64,000 nt of DNA from Calonectris borealis (taxonomy: Eukaryota), in contig NW_027441456.1 in NCBI RefSeq assembly GCF_964195595.1, positions 744,127 to 808,126 on the forward strand, in the 5' to 3' direction. The stretch's first letter is position 1. Each line of letters opens with the position of its first letter. The position numbers were made by a program, and so were the translations under genes. Shown here in pieces: positions 20,401 through 31,904 of this stretch. Below the pieces are notes generated by a model, which was not told the DNA's origin, did no database searches, and saw only the letters and a list, made by a program, of their open reading frames with translations.

Positions 20401-23400
20401 TAAAGAAAAAGCAGTGCAGGGAGCTGGCTTTCTCAGGATTGTTCACGTGCCTAGAAAGGTTGTGGCAGGCCAATAGAAATCCTTTCACTTGTACTTTGCT
20501 AGGGTTTTGAAAGAACAAGAAGTACCACTGGAGAAAAGGAAAGCTTACCCCAAGAAGAGCTTCTGCCAGCTGTTCAGTCTCATTCAGCCTTTGCAGAAAC
20601 TTTTTGTAAAATGTATTTTCACATCTTTTCCTAAAATAACCAGCGTGCCAGTGTCCTTCAAAACAAGGACAACCTTCTTCCCACCTCTGGAGGCAGTGAG
20701 AGAATAGGTGCATGGTCCCTCGTATGCAAAGCCTCCACTATGTTCTGAGAAACTGCGATGTTCCAGCCTATCCAAGCATACTTCATGGACTCAGCTTGCT
20801 TCTGACCTGGGAAGCATCAGCAGAGGAGCAAAGTCACTAACAGAAGTTCAGCATGCTAAAAGAGAGGGCCAGGAAATTTGAGGTCTTCAAGCAAGACAGT
20901 TCTACAGAGCTGTCTTCTTCAATCCTCTAGTAAAGTTCAGGAAGGTGGTTGATGTCATCTCTCCCTAGGAGAAGTTCAAGGCACTCTGTAACCTGATGCA
21001 GTGCCAAGTGTACAGCAATGCTTTTTTTCCCAACAGAAATAGAAAAAAAAGGTCCTAGTCATCTGGTATGAACATGAGGCAGGATGGTAGGACAAGAAGC
21101 GGGGAAAGAGGGCCAATTCCCATGAGGAGGGAGCAGGTGCAGGTCAGAGTAATTGTGTCCACCCTCAGGGCACTCCAGGTTTGAAGAAACTTAGCTGTGC
21201 CACATCACATGGATGCAATGATGAAAGAGAACACAAGGATGCCACAACAGCCCTTAAGATCCTTCTGGCCACCACCAGGACCCTCAGCATTGGTCAGCAA
21301 ACACCCCACACTGCCAGAGGCCTGTCCCTGAGGGATGCCAAGCTGATGTTCACATCACAGATACAATGGAGTCATTCGAAAGACAAACTCCAAGCACAGC
21401 TCTGAGCTCCTGCTGAGCCCCGCAGGACCACCGACGTCACACTACAGCTGCAGTGCTGGCAGCACTGACCAGCAATCACAGCACATCCGGACTCTGATGG
21501 GGTTTCCCACACCCTACTGTTCCCACCTCCGTTTCAAGGCTCTCTACAGCTGGCTTCAACCCTCTTCTAAGTAGGACAATAGTAAGAGCCAGCATGAATG
21601 CTGGTGTTTGTCTTTACAAGGTCTGGTGGGGCATAAACATAGGCCAACAGTTTTAACTAATCTGATTAGAAGCAGCAGCCCCAACGCAGCTGGTATGTAG
21701 CCACCTATTAAAGCAAGGGGTGGGGGCAAGGGAGGAGGAGAGAGAGTATAATTTTATTCTGCATTAAGAAGTCATGATAATTAAAATCAAACCCTGAAGC
21801 TGTTCTCAGGACCTGGTGAAGGAGTTCTAGATTTCTAAGAGTCACTGCTAAACAGCAATTATCCACAGCCCAGAGGTGTCACAAGGGAAAGCAGAAGTTT
21901 CACTATCTTCCTACCAGCAACCTGGTAAGGAGACATTCTTAGCCTACAATTGGTGAGGCCATGAACCTCTACAATATACTTGGAAAGACGAAATGTGGGT
22001 CTGCAGTCAGAAACCCCTTCTTTCCATCACCTACTTGTTCTCTTACAACACTGAAGGGGCAAGACAGAGCACTCTGGAGAAGCCATGAAGAAGTCTTGGA
22101 GAAGTCCTTTTGAAGAGCATTCCAGATGTTTTCCTCCCCCTCTTCTTCACTCTCTCAAAAATGCCTGTAAAACCAGAAAAATCATCCCTCACTCACATAA
22201 GATCATAAGAAGGGTTTCCAAGAACGAAGGTAACCTCAGAAAAATGCGCTGAGCTCTGTGTTTGATCCTTCCACTCTGACAGATGGGTCTAGAGAAGGCC
22301 CAGAAAGGATCCATCACAACCATCTACCCAAGTTTTTTCATCTCAGTTTAGGGAGAAGCTGGTCCATTGCACATGCCATCTGCAGTATCCTTCTGAAGGG
22401 GTTTTCTTTTGTTTTCTAAGGAGCGGAAGAACAATTGTACACATGGCTCAGGGGTGTCAGGTCTGCTGAAAGCATCACAATAGGAGGGGAGGGACAGGAT
22501 GACAACCCACCTTGCTCAGCACCAGCTGCTCTTTGTCAAACACTCCTCCCCAGACAGCAAGGGTCTTTGGCAGGCGAGTGAAAGGCACATCATGCTCCAG
22601 GTTGGCCAGCTGACAACCACTCAGCACATGCCTAATGAAGATGACAAATGCAGGTATAATCAAATGGCATCTCCCTCTCCAAACTTGACTCATCCATGAC
22701 AGGGGCTGCAGAGCTGAGCTGGGTAAGGCCTTCAGGCTATAACCTTTAATGTCACCCGAGGAGAGGTCTGGAGCTGAAGCAGAGGCATTGGGACATGGTG
22801 ATCCTGCCACCACCCGACAGCCATGAGAACCTCAGGCATTTAAAATGTAGTCACTCTCCTGCTATGACATCACTCTTGTTTGTCATCACATTGCAACGCA
22901 CTGGTGGTGTAGGCTGTGAGGAGGGATGGTTCTGAGCAAGTAGTCACGTGTAATCAAAACTGTGAACTTAAAATGTTTCAGGTCCAAGAGGGAACATCCC
23001 ACCACTAAGATGGCCTGGCTCTGCAGACACTTGGTGCTAACCCACATGCGGAGGAGGAACTCAGGGCTCATCAGAGGTGACAGAATCACTCAACCATCCA
23101 GGTGGGAAGGGACCTTGGGTGGTCTCCAGCCCAACCTCCAGCTCACATTAGGATCAACACTGAAGCCATCCCAAGTTCCTCAGGGCTTTGTCCAACAGAG
23201 TCTTAAAACCCTTGAAGAACAGAGAGTCCATAACCTCTCCAGACCCATTCAAATGCTTTGTTATCCTTACTGACTTCTCTCCTTCACATCCAGTTTGACC
23301 TGCTCTTGTTTGATGACCATCATCTCTGATTCTCCACAAATCTTGTAAAGACTGCTATCCTTTTGCCCCAGTGGAAAGTGAATGTGCAGCATCAACACTG

Positions 23401-23859
23401 GGTCAGGATCTTGTATGTATGTGAAGTGTGTGTCTGTATTCATGCTACAGAAGTATAGTCTGGGGAGAGGTGTCTGTGTGCTGTGGTCACACGTGTGGGT
23501 GTGTTATGTGTGCGTGTGTTTGTCTGTGCCCTGGGCATCCTTGGTGTTCTATTAAACTGTCTTTATCTCAGTCCACAAATTTTACTTTTTTCCCCGAGTC
23601 TTTTCCCCATCCCACTGTGGGGGGCGGGGAGTGAGCGAGTGGCTGTGTGGTGTTTGGCTGCCTGCGGGGTTAAACCACAACACTAGGGTGCTGGGCAGGT
23701 TGGCCTGCAGAGAGGAGGGTGGCGTTAGGTGGCATCTGGGAACACCCCGACCCAGGGGATCTGTCACCTGGAGACCCCCACACCCTGAGGACACACCAAG
23801 GGCACCATCACGTGTGACCTCCGCCCTGAAGACACAGGGGCACCTGCTACCCCCCACAC

Positions 23860-24480
23860 CTATTGGACCCTACCCAGGCTCCAGGGTGGCACTGGTGGCA
23901 GTGGCATCTGGGGGCAGGTGTGGATGTGTGTGTCAGGGAGGGACTCTCAAATACCCCCCTGGTCCCCACCTCATCCCCCACTGTGTCCCCACATTCTCCC
24001 CTGCTCCTGTGTCCCACCATCTTCATCCCATGTCCCCATGTCACCCCCGCTCTGTCCTCCACTGGTTCCCATGTCGCTCCAGCCAATATCCATGTCACTT
24101 CCCTTGTCCCCAGTTCCCCCCACATCCCCTCAGCCCTCCCCACTGTCCCCCACAGTGCCCACCACCAGTGTTCCCTAAAACCCCCGCCGCGTTCCCAGTG
24201 CCCCCACATCTCCCCCAGTCCCCACATCACCCCTCCTTCCCCACATCACCCCAGTTCCGCTCACATCCCCATACCCACCTGAACATCACCACCACCCCCG
24301 TCGTCCCCTACTGGTCCCCAGATCCCCACCGCTGGTCTCCACGTCCCCTCCCTTGTCCCAAGGGCTCCCCACCTCCCCTCACCCATTGCCAAATGTCCCC
24401 CACCTGCTCCCCCTGGTCCCCAGTGCCACCCCCAATCCCCTTAATCATCCCCACGTGTGTCCCCTCCCCGTGCCCACCAG
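23860..24480. repeat. C-rich degenerate tandem repeats (gtcccc / ccccacatcccc units)
   Basis: Visible periodicity. Translates as PSPHxP repeats. Generates the spurious 640-aa ORF at 23631-25553. Confidence 0.7.
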
Positions 24481-24899
24481 GAGACGTGGCAGCAGGGGCT
24501 GCACCGAGGTCTCTCCTCAGGGCCCTGGTACAACAGACAGATGAAGACGGGGCGAGGGGCGATGTGGGTGGCCCCGGGGTGCTGCTGAGGAGCTCCAGGC
24601 TGCGCCCTCACGGGGCTGGGCAGCACCTGCAGGCGAGAGGGGCGCAGGGATTAGGGATCTCCCGCGTGCCGGGCACGCACCCCCCGGGTGTCCCGTACCC
24701 CCCCCGCAGGGCTCATTCATCCCTTGGATCCATCCCCGGGGGGCTTGTGTCCCCCTTCCCCCGGGGCCTGCCCCCTCACCCCCCTCCTTGTTCTGTCCCC
24801 TCAGAGCTCGCACACTGGGCCTGCCCCCCCCAGCCCCTCCTCCTGTCCCCTCAGACCTCGTACCCCCTCTCCCGGGCCCGTCCCCGCCGTCGTCCCCCC

Positions 24900-25500
24900 C
24901 GGGGCCTGCCCCCTCAGAGCTCACCCCACAGCCTGGCCTTGTCCTCTCAGGCCTCACATCCCCCCTGGGCCTGGGCCTGGGCCTGGGCCTGGGCCTGGGC
25001 CTGGGCCTGGGCCTGGGCCCCCCCCGGGCCTGTCCCCTCAGGCCTCGCCCCCCCACCCCGGGGCCCGCCGTCCCCCCCCGACACCCCCGCCCCACCACTC
25101 TTGACTCCGCCCCCACCCTTGACCCCGCCCCCCGCCCACCAATGGGAGGGCGCCGAGGAGGGTGAGCGGCGCCTTCCGCCCCGCCCTCCTCCCCGCCGCG
25201 GGAGAGGGAGGCAAGGTGGCGGCAACCGGTTGCCGAGCAACGGGGCCGGGCCTGGGGCCGGGGCCGGGGCCAGGCCTGGGGCCGGGACGGCGGGTCCCGG
25301 CCTGCGCCCGGCGGGGCGGCGAGTCCCCGGGGGAGCCTGGGCCGGCGCCGGGGCCGGGGCCGTCCCCTCTGTCGTCTTGTGGCCCCGTCGCGGCGAGCGC
25401 GGCCGCGCCCTGGGGCCGCGCCCGCTTCGCCCGGCCCTGCTGGGAAAATCCCGGCCCTGGGCGGGGGCAAACCGTGCCCTGGGGTGGGGGGTAAATGCAG
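24900..25500 (+). promoter_or_regulatory. MVP: CpG island upstream of MVP. Candidate MVP promoter / noncoding first exon.
   Basis: CpG-dense block (25,130-25,470) ~0.8-1.3 kb upstream of the MVP ATG. Vertebrate MVP genes have a noncoding exon 1. The TSS is not determinable from sequence alone. Confidence 0.35.
24964..25018. repeat. (CCTGGG)9 microsatellite
   Basis: cctgggcctgggcctgggcctgggcctgggcctgggcctgggcctgggcc. Confidence 0.95.
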
Positions 25501-25679
25501 CCCTGGGGGGTAAATGCAGCCCTGGGGGGGGCAGATTGTGCCCTTGGGGATAGATCCCGCCGGGAGGGGGGCCGTAGGGGGGTGTAAATCCGGGCCCGTG
25601 CGGCGGGCCCCGATGGGCTGGGCCCTGCCTGCCCGCGGGGCTGTGCCTGGGGCAAAGGCTTTTCCGGGTTCTGCCTCAC

Positions 25680-26243
25680 AGCGAGGTGTCCAGCCCCGCG
25701 GCGAGGTGTCCAGCCCCGCGGTGAGGTGTCCAGCCCCGCAGTGAGGTGTCCAGCCCAGCGGCGAGGTGTCCAGCCCGGCGGCGAGGTGTCCAGCCCCGCA
25801 GTGAGGTGGTCTGCCCCACGGTGAGGTCTCCTTCCCCCCCCCGCCAAGCTCGCCTGCCCCACAGCAAGCTTTCCTACCCCACGGCAGGGTCCCCGGGCAT
25901 CCCACCCTGCGGTGAGCTCTTCTGCCCCACAGCGAGGTCTTCTGCCCTCTCTGACCCCGTCCGCCCCCCCGGCAAGCTTTTCCCACCCTGTGCCAAGGTC
26001 TCCTACCCCACCATGAGCCCCATGGTGAAGTCTTCTGCCTGTCCCCTCCCCCCGCGATGAGCTTATCCACCCCACAGCAATCTCTTCAGCCCCACAGCAA
26101 CCTCGTCAGCCCCATAGCAAGCTTCTCCACCTTGTGGCAAGGTCTCCCACCCCACAGTGAGCCACAACATGCTGTCCTGTCCCACAACAAGCTCATCTAC
26201 GCTCCGGGAAGGTCTCCTGTGCCACAGTGAAGTCTCCTGCCCC
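25680..26243. repeat. ~21-bp minisatellite (gcgaggtgtccagccccgcg-like units, degenerating toward the MVP ATG)
   Basis: At least 7 near-perfect units at 25,680-25,810, then degenerate ccacagcaa/ccacagtga units continuing up to the start codon. Confidence 0.8.
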
Positions 26244-26362
26244 ATGGAGGACCCTGTGATCCGCATACCCCCCTACCACTATGTCCATGTGCTGGACCTC
26301 AACAGCAATGTCACCCGCGTGGAGGTTGGGCCCCACACCTACATCCGGCAGGATCACGAGAG
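26244..26362 (+). CDS. MVP: Major vault protein, coding exon 1 (start codon)
   Basis: [40 protein letters not shown] corresponds to the human MVP N-terminus (..[36 protein letters not shown]). Donor AG|GTGGGT. Confidence 0.85.
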
Positions 26363-26394
26363 GTGGGTGCTATGGGGCAGGGGAGCACCTATGT

Positions 26395-26520
26395 GTTGAG
26401 GGGGTCCGATTTCTACATCTGGCAGGACCAAAAAAGGTGGGTGGTGTGGAACAGGAGGGGATCTATAGGATGATGGGTCCCACCCCTATGTTTGGCCCGA
26501 CTACAAAATGTGAGTGCTAT
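26395..26520 (+). repeat. Two degenerate tandem copies of the MVP exon 1 3' end plus donor site (~57-bp unit)
   Basis: Authentic: cacctacatccggcaggatcacgagaggtgggtgctatggggcagg. Copies: gatttctacatctggcaggaccaaaaaaggtgggtggtgtggaacagg and cacccctatgtttggcccgactacaaaatgtgagtgctatggggcagg. Confidence 0.7.
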
Positions 26521-26559
26521 GGGGCAGGAGGTGGATTTATATGGCTATAGGGATATCTA

Positions 26560-26940
26560 GATTTATAGGTGTGGGGTCTCTGTAGGGCTGTGGGGGGTGT
26601 TTAGGGGGCTCTGTAGGACTGTTGGTGCTCTTTAGGGCTGTGGGGGATGCTGGGGGGCTCTTTAGGACTATGGAGACCCTACGGGCCCTGAGGAGCATTG
26701 GGGTTGTATAGGGCCGTGGGGCTGTTTGGGGGCTCTGTAGGGCGATAGGGGCTCTATAGGGTTGTAGGGATTCCATAAGGCTGTAGAGGGCCATAGGAGG
26801 GATGTGGGGCTCTATAGGATTGGGGGACTTGGTGGGCTCTACAGGGCCCTGGTGGTTCTATAGGGCTTTGTAGGGCTTTGGGGGTTGGGGAGGGCGGTGG
26901 GCTCTGTAGGGCCCTGGGAGCTCTATAGGGCTGAGGGGAG
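26560..26940. repeat. MVP intron 1 minisatellite (~20-bp units ggctctgtagggctgtgggg)
   Basis: Direct reading shows ~18 units. Confidence 0.85.
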
Positions 26941-26960
26941 CAACGCGGGGCCGCCCGCAG

Positions 26961-27156
26961 GGTGGTGTTTGCCCCCAGGCGCATGGTGATGGTGCCCCCC
27001 CGGCACTACTGCGTGGTGCTCAACCCCGTGGCCCGGGGCCCCACGGGGGCGGTGCTGGTCGATGGAGCGGGGCAGGCCCGTCTGCGGCACGCCGACCTCG
27101 ATATCCGCCTGGCCCAGGAGCCCTTCCCCCTGTACCCCGGCGAGGAGATCCAGCAG
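26961..27156 (+). CDS. MVP: MVP coding exon 2
   Basis: [23 protein letters not shown]...[26 protein letters not shown]. Acceptor ccgcag|G, donor CAG|GTACCT. Confidence 0.9.
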
Positions 27157-27898
27157 GTACCTGTAGCCCCCTATAGCAGCCCCAGGGCTCCCTATAGTTC
27201 CTCTAGCCCTGCCATGGTCCCCTCTCTGTAACCTACCACTGTAGCCTTCCATGGTCCCCTCTCTGTAACCCACCACTGTAGCCTTCCATGGCCACTCATA
27301 GCCCCTATAGCTCCTCTAATCCCTTTGTCATCTCTCACAGTTCCTACAGCCCATATAGCTCCCTATGCCTCCCATAGCTCCTATAGCTGCCTCATCGCCC
27401 CCTCATTGCTCCTATAGCCCCCCACGGCCTCCTATAGCCCCCAGCGTGTCATCCCTGTCCCTTCTCTGAACCTGTCTACCTGTCCCCAGGGTGTCCCTGC
27501 CGTGTTCCCAGGGTATCACCCGTGTCCCCCATAGAATCCCCCCATCCCCAGGCTGTCCCCCACATCCTCTGCAGTGAAAACCTGTGTCCCAGTCCCCCGG
27601 GTTTCACCCCCCATGTCCCCCGCTGTCACCCTTGTGTCCCCCTTACTCCCGCAACCCTGTCGTGACCCCCATGTCCCCACATCCACCATGGTGACCCCCC
27701 AGATGCATCCCCACATCCCCTGCAGTGACCCCGCGTGGCCCCCATGTCTTCCACCATGGCACCTGTGTCCCCAGAGTGTCCCCAGGGCATCTCCCGAAGT
27801 GCTCCCTGCGCCCCTCATCCCCATGTCCTCCACACTTCTGCTGTGACACCTATGTCCCCAGGGGATTCTCCTTCAGCCCCACGTCCATGTGTCCCCAG

Positions 27899-28022
27899 GG
27901 CATCACCCCACTGCAGGTGGTGCTGGCTGACACCGCCCTGCGCCTGCGGGCCCTGCTTGACTTCAAGGATGAGGACGAGCACAAGTTCTTTGCAGGAGAC
28001 GAGTGGCTCTTCGAGGGTCCTG
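27899..28022 (+). CDS. MVP: MVP coding exon 3
   Basis: [41 protein letters not shown](G). Acceptor ccccag|G, donor G|GTGAGC. Confidence 0.9.
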
Positions 28023-28095
28023 GTGAGCAGGGGGGGCACCCCCTTTTGGGGACACCCTGGGGGACCCATGGGCTGACGGTGCCACATGCCCGCAG

Positions 28096-28227
28096 GCACC
28101 TACATCCCCCGCAAAGAGGTGGAGGTGGTGGAGACGCTGCAAGCCACTGTCATTGGGCACAACCAGGCCATCCGCCTGCGAGCACGCAAGGAGTGCCTCG
28201 ACCGCTATGGCACCCGCCGCGTCACAG
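28096..28227 (+). CDS. MVP: MVP coding exon 4
   Basis: (G)[43 protein letters not shown](G). Acceptor cgcag|G, donor G|GTGGGA. Confidence 0.9.
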
Positions 28228-28237
28228 GTGGGACCCG

Positions 28238-29199
28238 GTGACACCCCAGTGGCCTCCCGGGTTCAGCCTTCCCTCAGCGGCCTTGGTGTCAGCTGGCACG
28301 ATGTCACCCTGTACCATTGGTGCTACCCCTCAGCGCACGTGGGACCCCTCTGTTGCCTGAAGGCACCCCTGGGACACCCTGTGCCACCCCACCCCATACC
28401 CCTGGGACCCTTTTCTCACCCTCCAGCAGCTCTGAGACCCTTGTGTCACCCTCCAGCACCCATGGGAGCTCCATGTCATCTGAGAGCACCCTGGGGCCTC
28501 CAGCACCCCCATCCCATCCCTTGGGACTCCTGGGACCCCCAGAACCCCCTTCCTACCCCCCAGCATTCCCAGGACCCCTGTCCCATCCCTCAGTGCCCCT
28601 GGGATCCCCAACACTCCCATCCCAGCCCCCTTAACCCCACAGCATCCCTGGGATCCCCAGCACTCTCATCTCATCCTCCATAAACTCCCTCCCACTCCCT
28701 AGCATCCCTGGGACCCCCAACACTCCCATCCCACCCCCCATAACCACCCTCCCACCCCACAGCACCCCCACTATCCCTGTCTGATCCCCCCAGCACCCCT
28801 GGGATCCCCAACCCACCCATCCCACCCCCCATAAAACCCATCCTGCCCCACAGCACCCTTGGAACCTGATCTTATCCCCCAGCACCCATAGGTCTCTCAG
28901 AACCACCAGTACCTCCAGGACCCCCATCCCAGCACCCTTAGGATCCTCCCATCCCACTCTTAGGATCTCCCAACACCCTCAGGGCTGCCATCCCACCCGT
29001 AGGACCCCTTGCCCCCAGTACCCCTAAAATGCGTGAGACCCATAGGACCCTCGGCACCCCTAGGACCTCTGTGGCTGCGTATTCCCCAGCACCCTCACAA
29101 CCCACGTCCCATCCCAGCACCCCTGGGACTCCCCGTCTCCTCCCCCCCCAAGCACTCCAGCGTTCTCGGCTCCCCCAACACCCATCACCCTGCTCCCAG
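28238..29199. repeat. MVP intron 4 minisatellite (ccctgggaccccc agcaccc / ccatcccacccc units)
   Basis: Direct reading. The intron is almost entirely tandem repeat. Confidence 0.85.
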
Positions 29200-29294
29200 G
29201 TGAGGAGTGGCTGGTAAAGCAGGTGGGCGCCTACCTGCCCGGGGTCTATGAGGAGGTGGTTGATGTTGTGGACGCCTACATCCTCACTGACAAG
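29200..29294 (+). CDS. MVP: MVP coding exon 5
   Basis: (G)[31 protein letters not shown]. Acceptor ctcccag|G, donor AAG|GTACTG. Confidence 0.9.
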
Positions 29295-30209
29295 GTACTG
29301 AGCATCCTAATCCTCACCTCCTTGGTGCCCATGGGTGATGAGGCCCCTCTGGGCTGGGTTTGGGGGTCCTGTGTCCCTATTCCCCTGCACCCATGGGTGA
29401 CAGGAAACCTCCAGGATAGGTGAAGGGTCGCATCACCCCTTGATCCACCATGACCCTGACCCCTTGCACCCATGGGTGACAAGGACCCTCCAGGGGGACC
29501 TGGGTATCCCTCCAAGCCACCGTGTTCCTGTGATCCCTACATCCATGAGTGACAAGGACTCTCCAGGAGGTCCCACCTCCTTCACCTGTGGTGTCCCTGT
29601 TCCCTCTGCCTCAGCGGGTGATGAAAACCCCCCTATCCCCCCGCAGCCCACCATGACCCCTTTCCTGCTGCACCCATGGGTGATAAAGACCCTCTGGGAT
29701 AGGTTTGGGGGTCCTGTTCCCTCTGCACCCTGCACCCACAGATGATAAGGACACCCAGGATGGGTTTGGGGGTCCCACGTACTGGTTCTACTGCACTCAT
29801 GGGTGACAAGGACCCTTCAGGATTGGTTTGGGAGTCCCTTGTCCCCATTCCCCTGTACTCATGGGTGGCAAGGACTCTCCAGGGTGGATGTGGGGTACTA
29901 TCACCCCCCAACCCATCACATCCCTGTCCCACCTGCACCCACAGAAGGTCACCCTTCAGATCCCCACCCCCCACCCACCATGTCCCCATCCTCGCTGTAC
30001 CCGTGGGTGACAAGGACCCTCCAGGGGGTTGTGCTCCTTCCACCCACTCCATTCCTGTCCCCCTGCACGCACAGGCGATGAGGTCCCTCAGGGGTAGGTT
30101 TGGGGGTCCCATCACCCTCTTTCCCTGCACCTGTGGGTGACAAGGCCTGTTGGGGCCAGCTTTGTGTGTCCCATCATCCACCATGTCCCCATGTGTTCCC
30201 CCCCTGCAG
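29295..30209. repeat. MVP intron 5 minisatellite (~60-70-bp units containing cacccatgggtgacaaggaccctccagg)
   Basis: ~14 units visible. They give repeated peptide motifs (HPWVTRTLQG) in the ORF track. Confidence 0.85.
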
Positions 30210-30446
30210 AAAGCCCTGCACCTGCGGGCAACGCGGACCTTTGAGGACGAGCAGGGCCGGGTGCGGCGCACGGGCGAGGAGTGGCTGGTGACCCAGGCAC
30301 AGAGCGAGGCCTACATCCCGGAGGTGTTCGAGGAGGTGGTGGCCGAGGTGGCGGTGACGACGCTGGGCCCCCGGCAGTACTGCGTGATACTCGACCCTGT
30401 GGGGTCCAACGGGCAGCCCCAGCTGGGCCAGCAGCGCGTTGTCAAG
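30210..30446 (+). CDS. MVP: MVP coding exon 6
   Basis: [79 protein letters not shown]. Acceptor ctgcag|A, donor AAG|GTGGGC. Confidence 0.9.
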
Positions 30447-31146
30447 GTGGGCACCTGAGGGTGGCCCCTGGGGACCTGCAGGTGGCCCTAAGGGGCCTAA
30501 TGTAGCCTTAGCTTGCCCGTAGGTATCAAAGGTGGTCCTGAGGGACCCTAAGACACGTGATGTACCATTACTGTGTCACCGGGGGACCCTAAGGTGCCCC
30601 AAGTGACCCAAGTATGGCTCCCAGGATCCAAGGGTGGCCCCAAGGGACACCCGGGTGGCTCTGAGGGAAACCTCGTGTATGTATAGGTGTCCCCAAAAGT
30701 CTCAAAGGGACCCCAATGTACCCCTGAGATGTCCCTGAAAGTCCCTAAGGCATCCCTGAGGGATCCTAACATACACTTGAGGTGTCCCCGAGTGTCCCTA
30801 AGGCGACCCAAACGCATCCCATTAGCCCTGATGTCTTGCTGAAGGACCCTAAGCTTCCATAGGGACCCACGGGTGGCCACCAGGAACCAGAAGTTGGCCC
30901 TGACATACCTGTAGACAGCCCTGAAGGTCTTGAAGGTGGCCCACAGGGACCCTAAGACATCCCTGAGGACCCTAATGCACCCATGTCCCTGCCCTGTTCC
31001 CACCATGTCCTGATGTCCTTCCCCCCCATCCCATCCTGTGCCCGTGCCCCTACTTCGTGTCCCACAGTGTCCCCATGTCCCTGCCCCATGTCCCCACCAT
31101 GTTGCCACATCCCTGTCCTGCTGGTGACATGTCCCCATGTCCCCAG

Positions 31147-31272
31147 GGGGAGAAGTCCTTCTTTCTGCAGCCGGGTGAGCAGCTCCAGGCTGGCATCCAG
31201 GATGTCTATGTGCTCTCTGAGGACGAGGGGCTGCTGCTCCAGGCGCTCCAGACCATCAAGGACACCAATGAG
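31147..31272 (+). CDS. MVP: MVP coding exon 7
   Basis: [42 protein letters not shown]. Acceptor ccccag|G, donor GAG|GTGGCC. Confidence 0.9.
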
Positions 31273-31745
31273 GTGGCCCAGGGGACACCTGGGGTTTCAG
31301 GATCCCCCAGGGGCACCTGGGGAGAAACAGGGAGGGACAGGGAGGCTGGGATGACCGGGGCAACCCGGAGTGCTTGAGGGACAACAGGGACAACTGGGGG
31401 GGACCCAGGAGTGTTTGGGGGTCGTGGGGGACAGCTGGGGCACCTGGGAACAGTTGGGGTATGTGAGGGACTCCTGGGGGATTATGGAGGCCCCAGGGGA
31501 CACCTGGGGGGACTCCTGTCCTCATCCCTGTGTCCCCAGGCCAGGTAGCAGAGGGCCATGGGAGGAGTCCCTTCGGCACTGTCCCCGAGCTGAGGGGCTA
31601 TGGGGAGGGTGTCCCTGTCTCCATGTCTTCAGGCCAGTGGGTGGCAGAGGGCCATGGGGGAATGTGTCCCCAAGTCCCCGTCCAGGGGGTGGTGGGGGTC
31701 CCTGCATCCCCATGCTGGTCGCTGATGCCATCCCCGCATTCCCAG

Positions 31746-31904
31746 GAGGGGACGGAGGTGACGCGGCGGGCAGGTGACCGCTGGCTGGCCCGGGGCCCCC
31801 TCGAGTACGTGCCACCAGCCGAGGTGGCTGTGCTGGAGCGACGTCAGGCCGTGGCCCTTGCTGACAATGAGGGCATCTACGTGCGTGACATCCGCACTGG
31901 CAAG
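31746..31904 (+). CDS. MVP: MVP coding exon 8
   Basis: [53 protein letters not shown]. Acceptor ttcccag|G, donor AAG|GTGCCC. Confidence 0.85.

Noticed and set aside
9000-23400. A protein-coding gene in the 9-23 kb interval
   Set aside because: There are only short, unrelated ORFs of modest length with no recognisable domains or convincing splice-bounded exons by eye. I cannot support a call, although small exons of an upstream neighbour of MVP could be present.
23631-25553. 640-aa + ORF (and the overlapping 517-aa and 345-aa minus-strand ORFs at 24517-26075)
   Set aside because: They lie entirely within C-rich/G-rich tandem repeats and a CpG island, are open on both strands, and give proline/glycine low-complexity translations. 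This is a GC-composition artefact, not coding.
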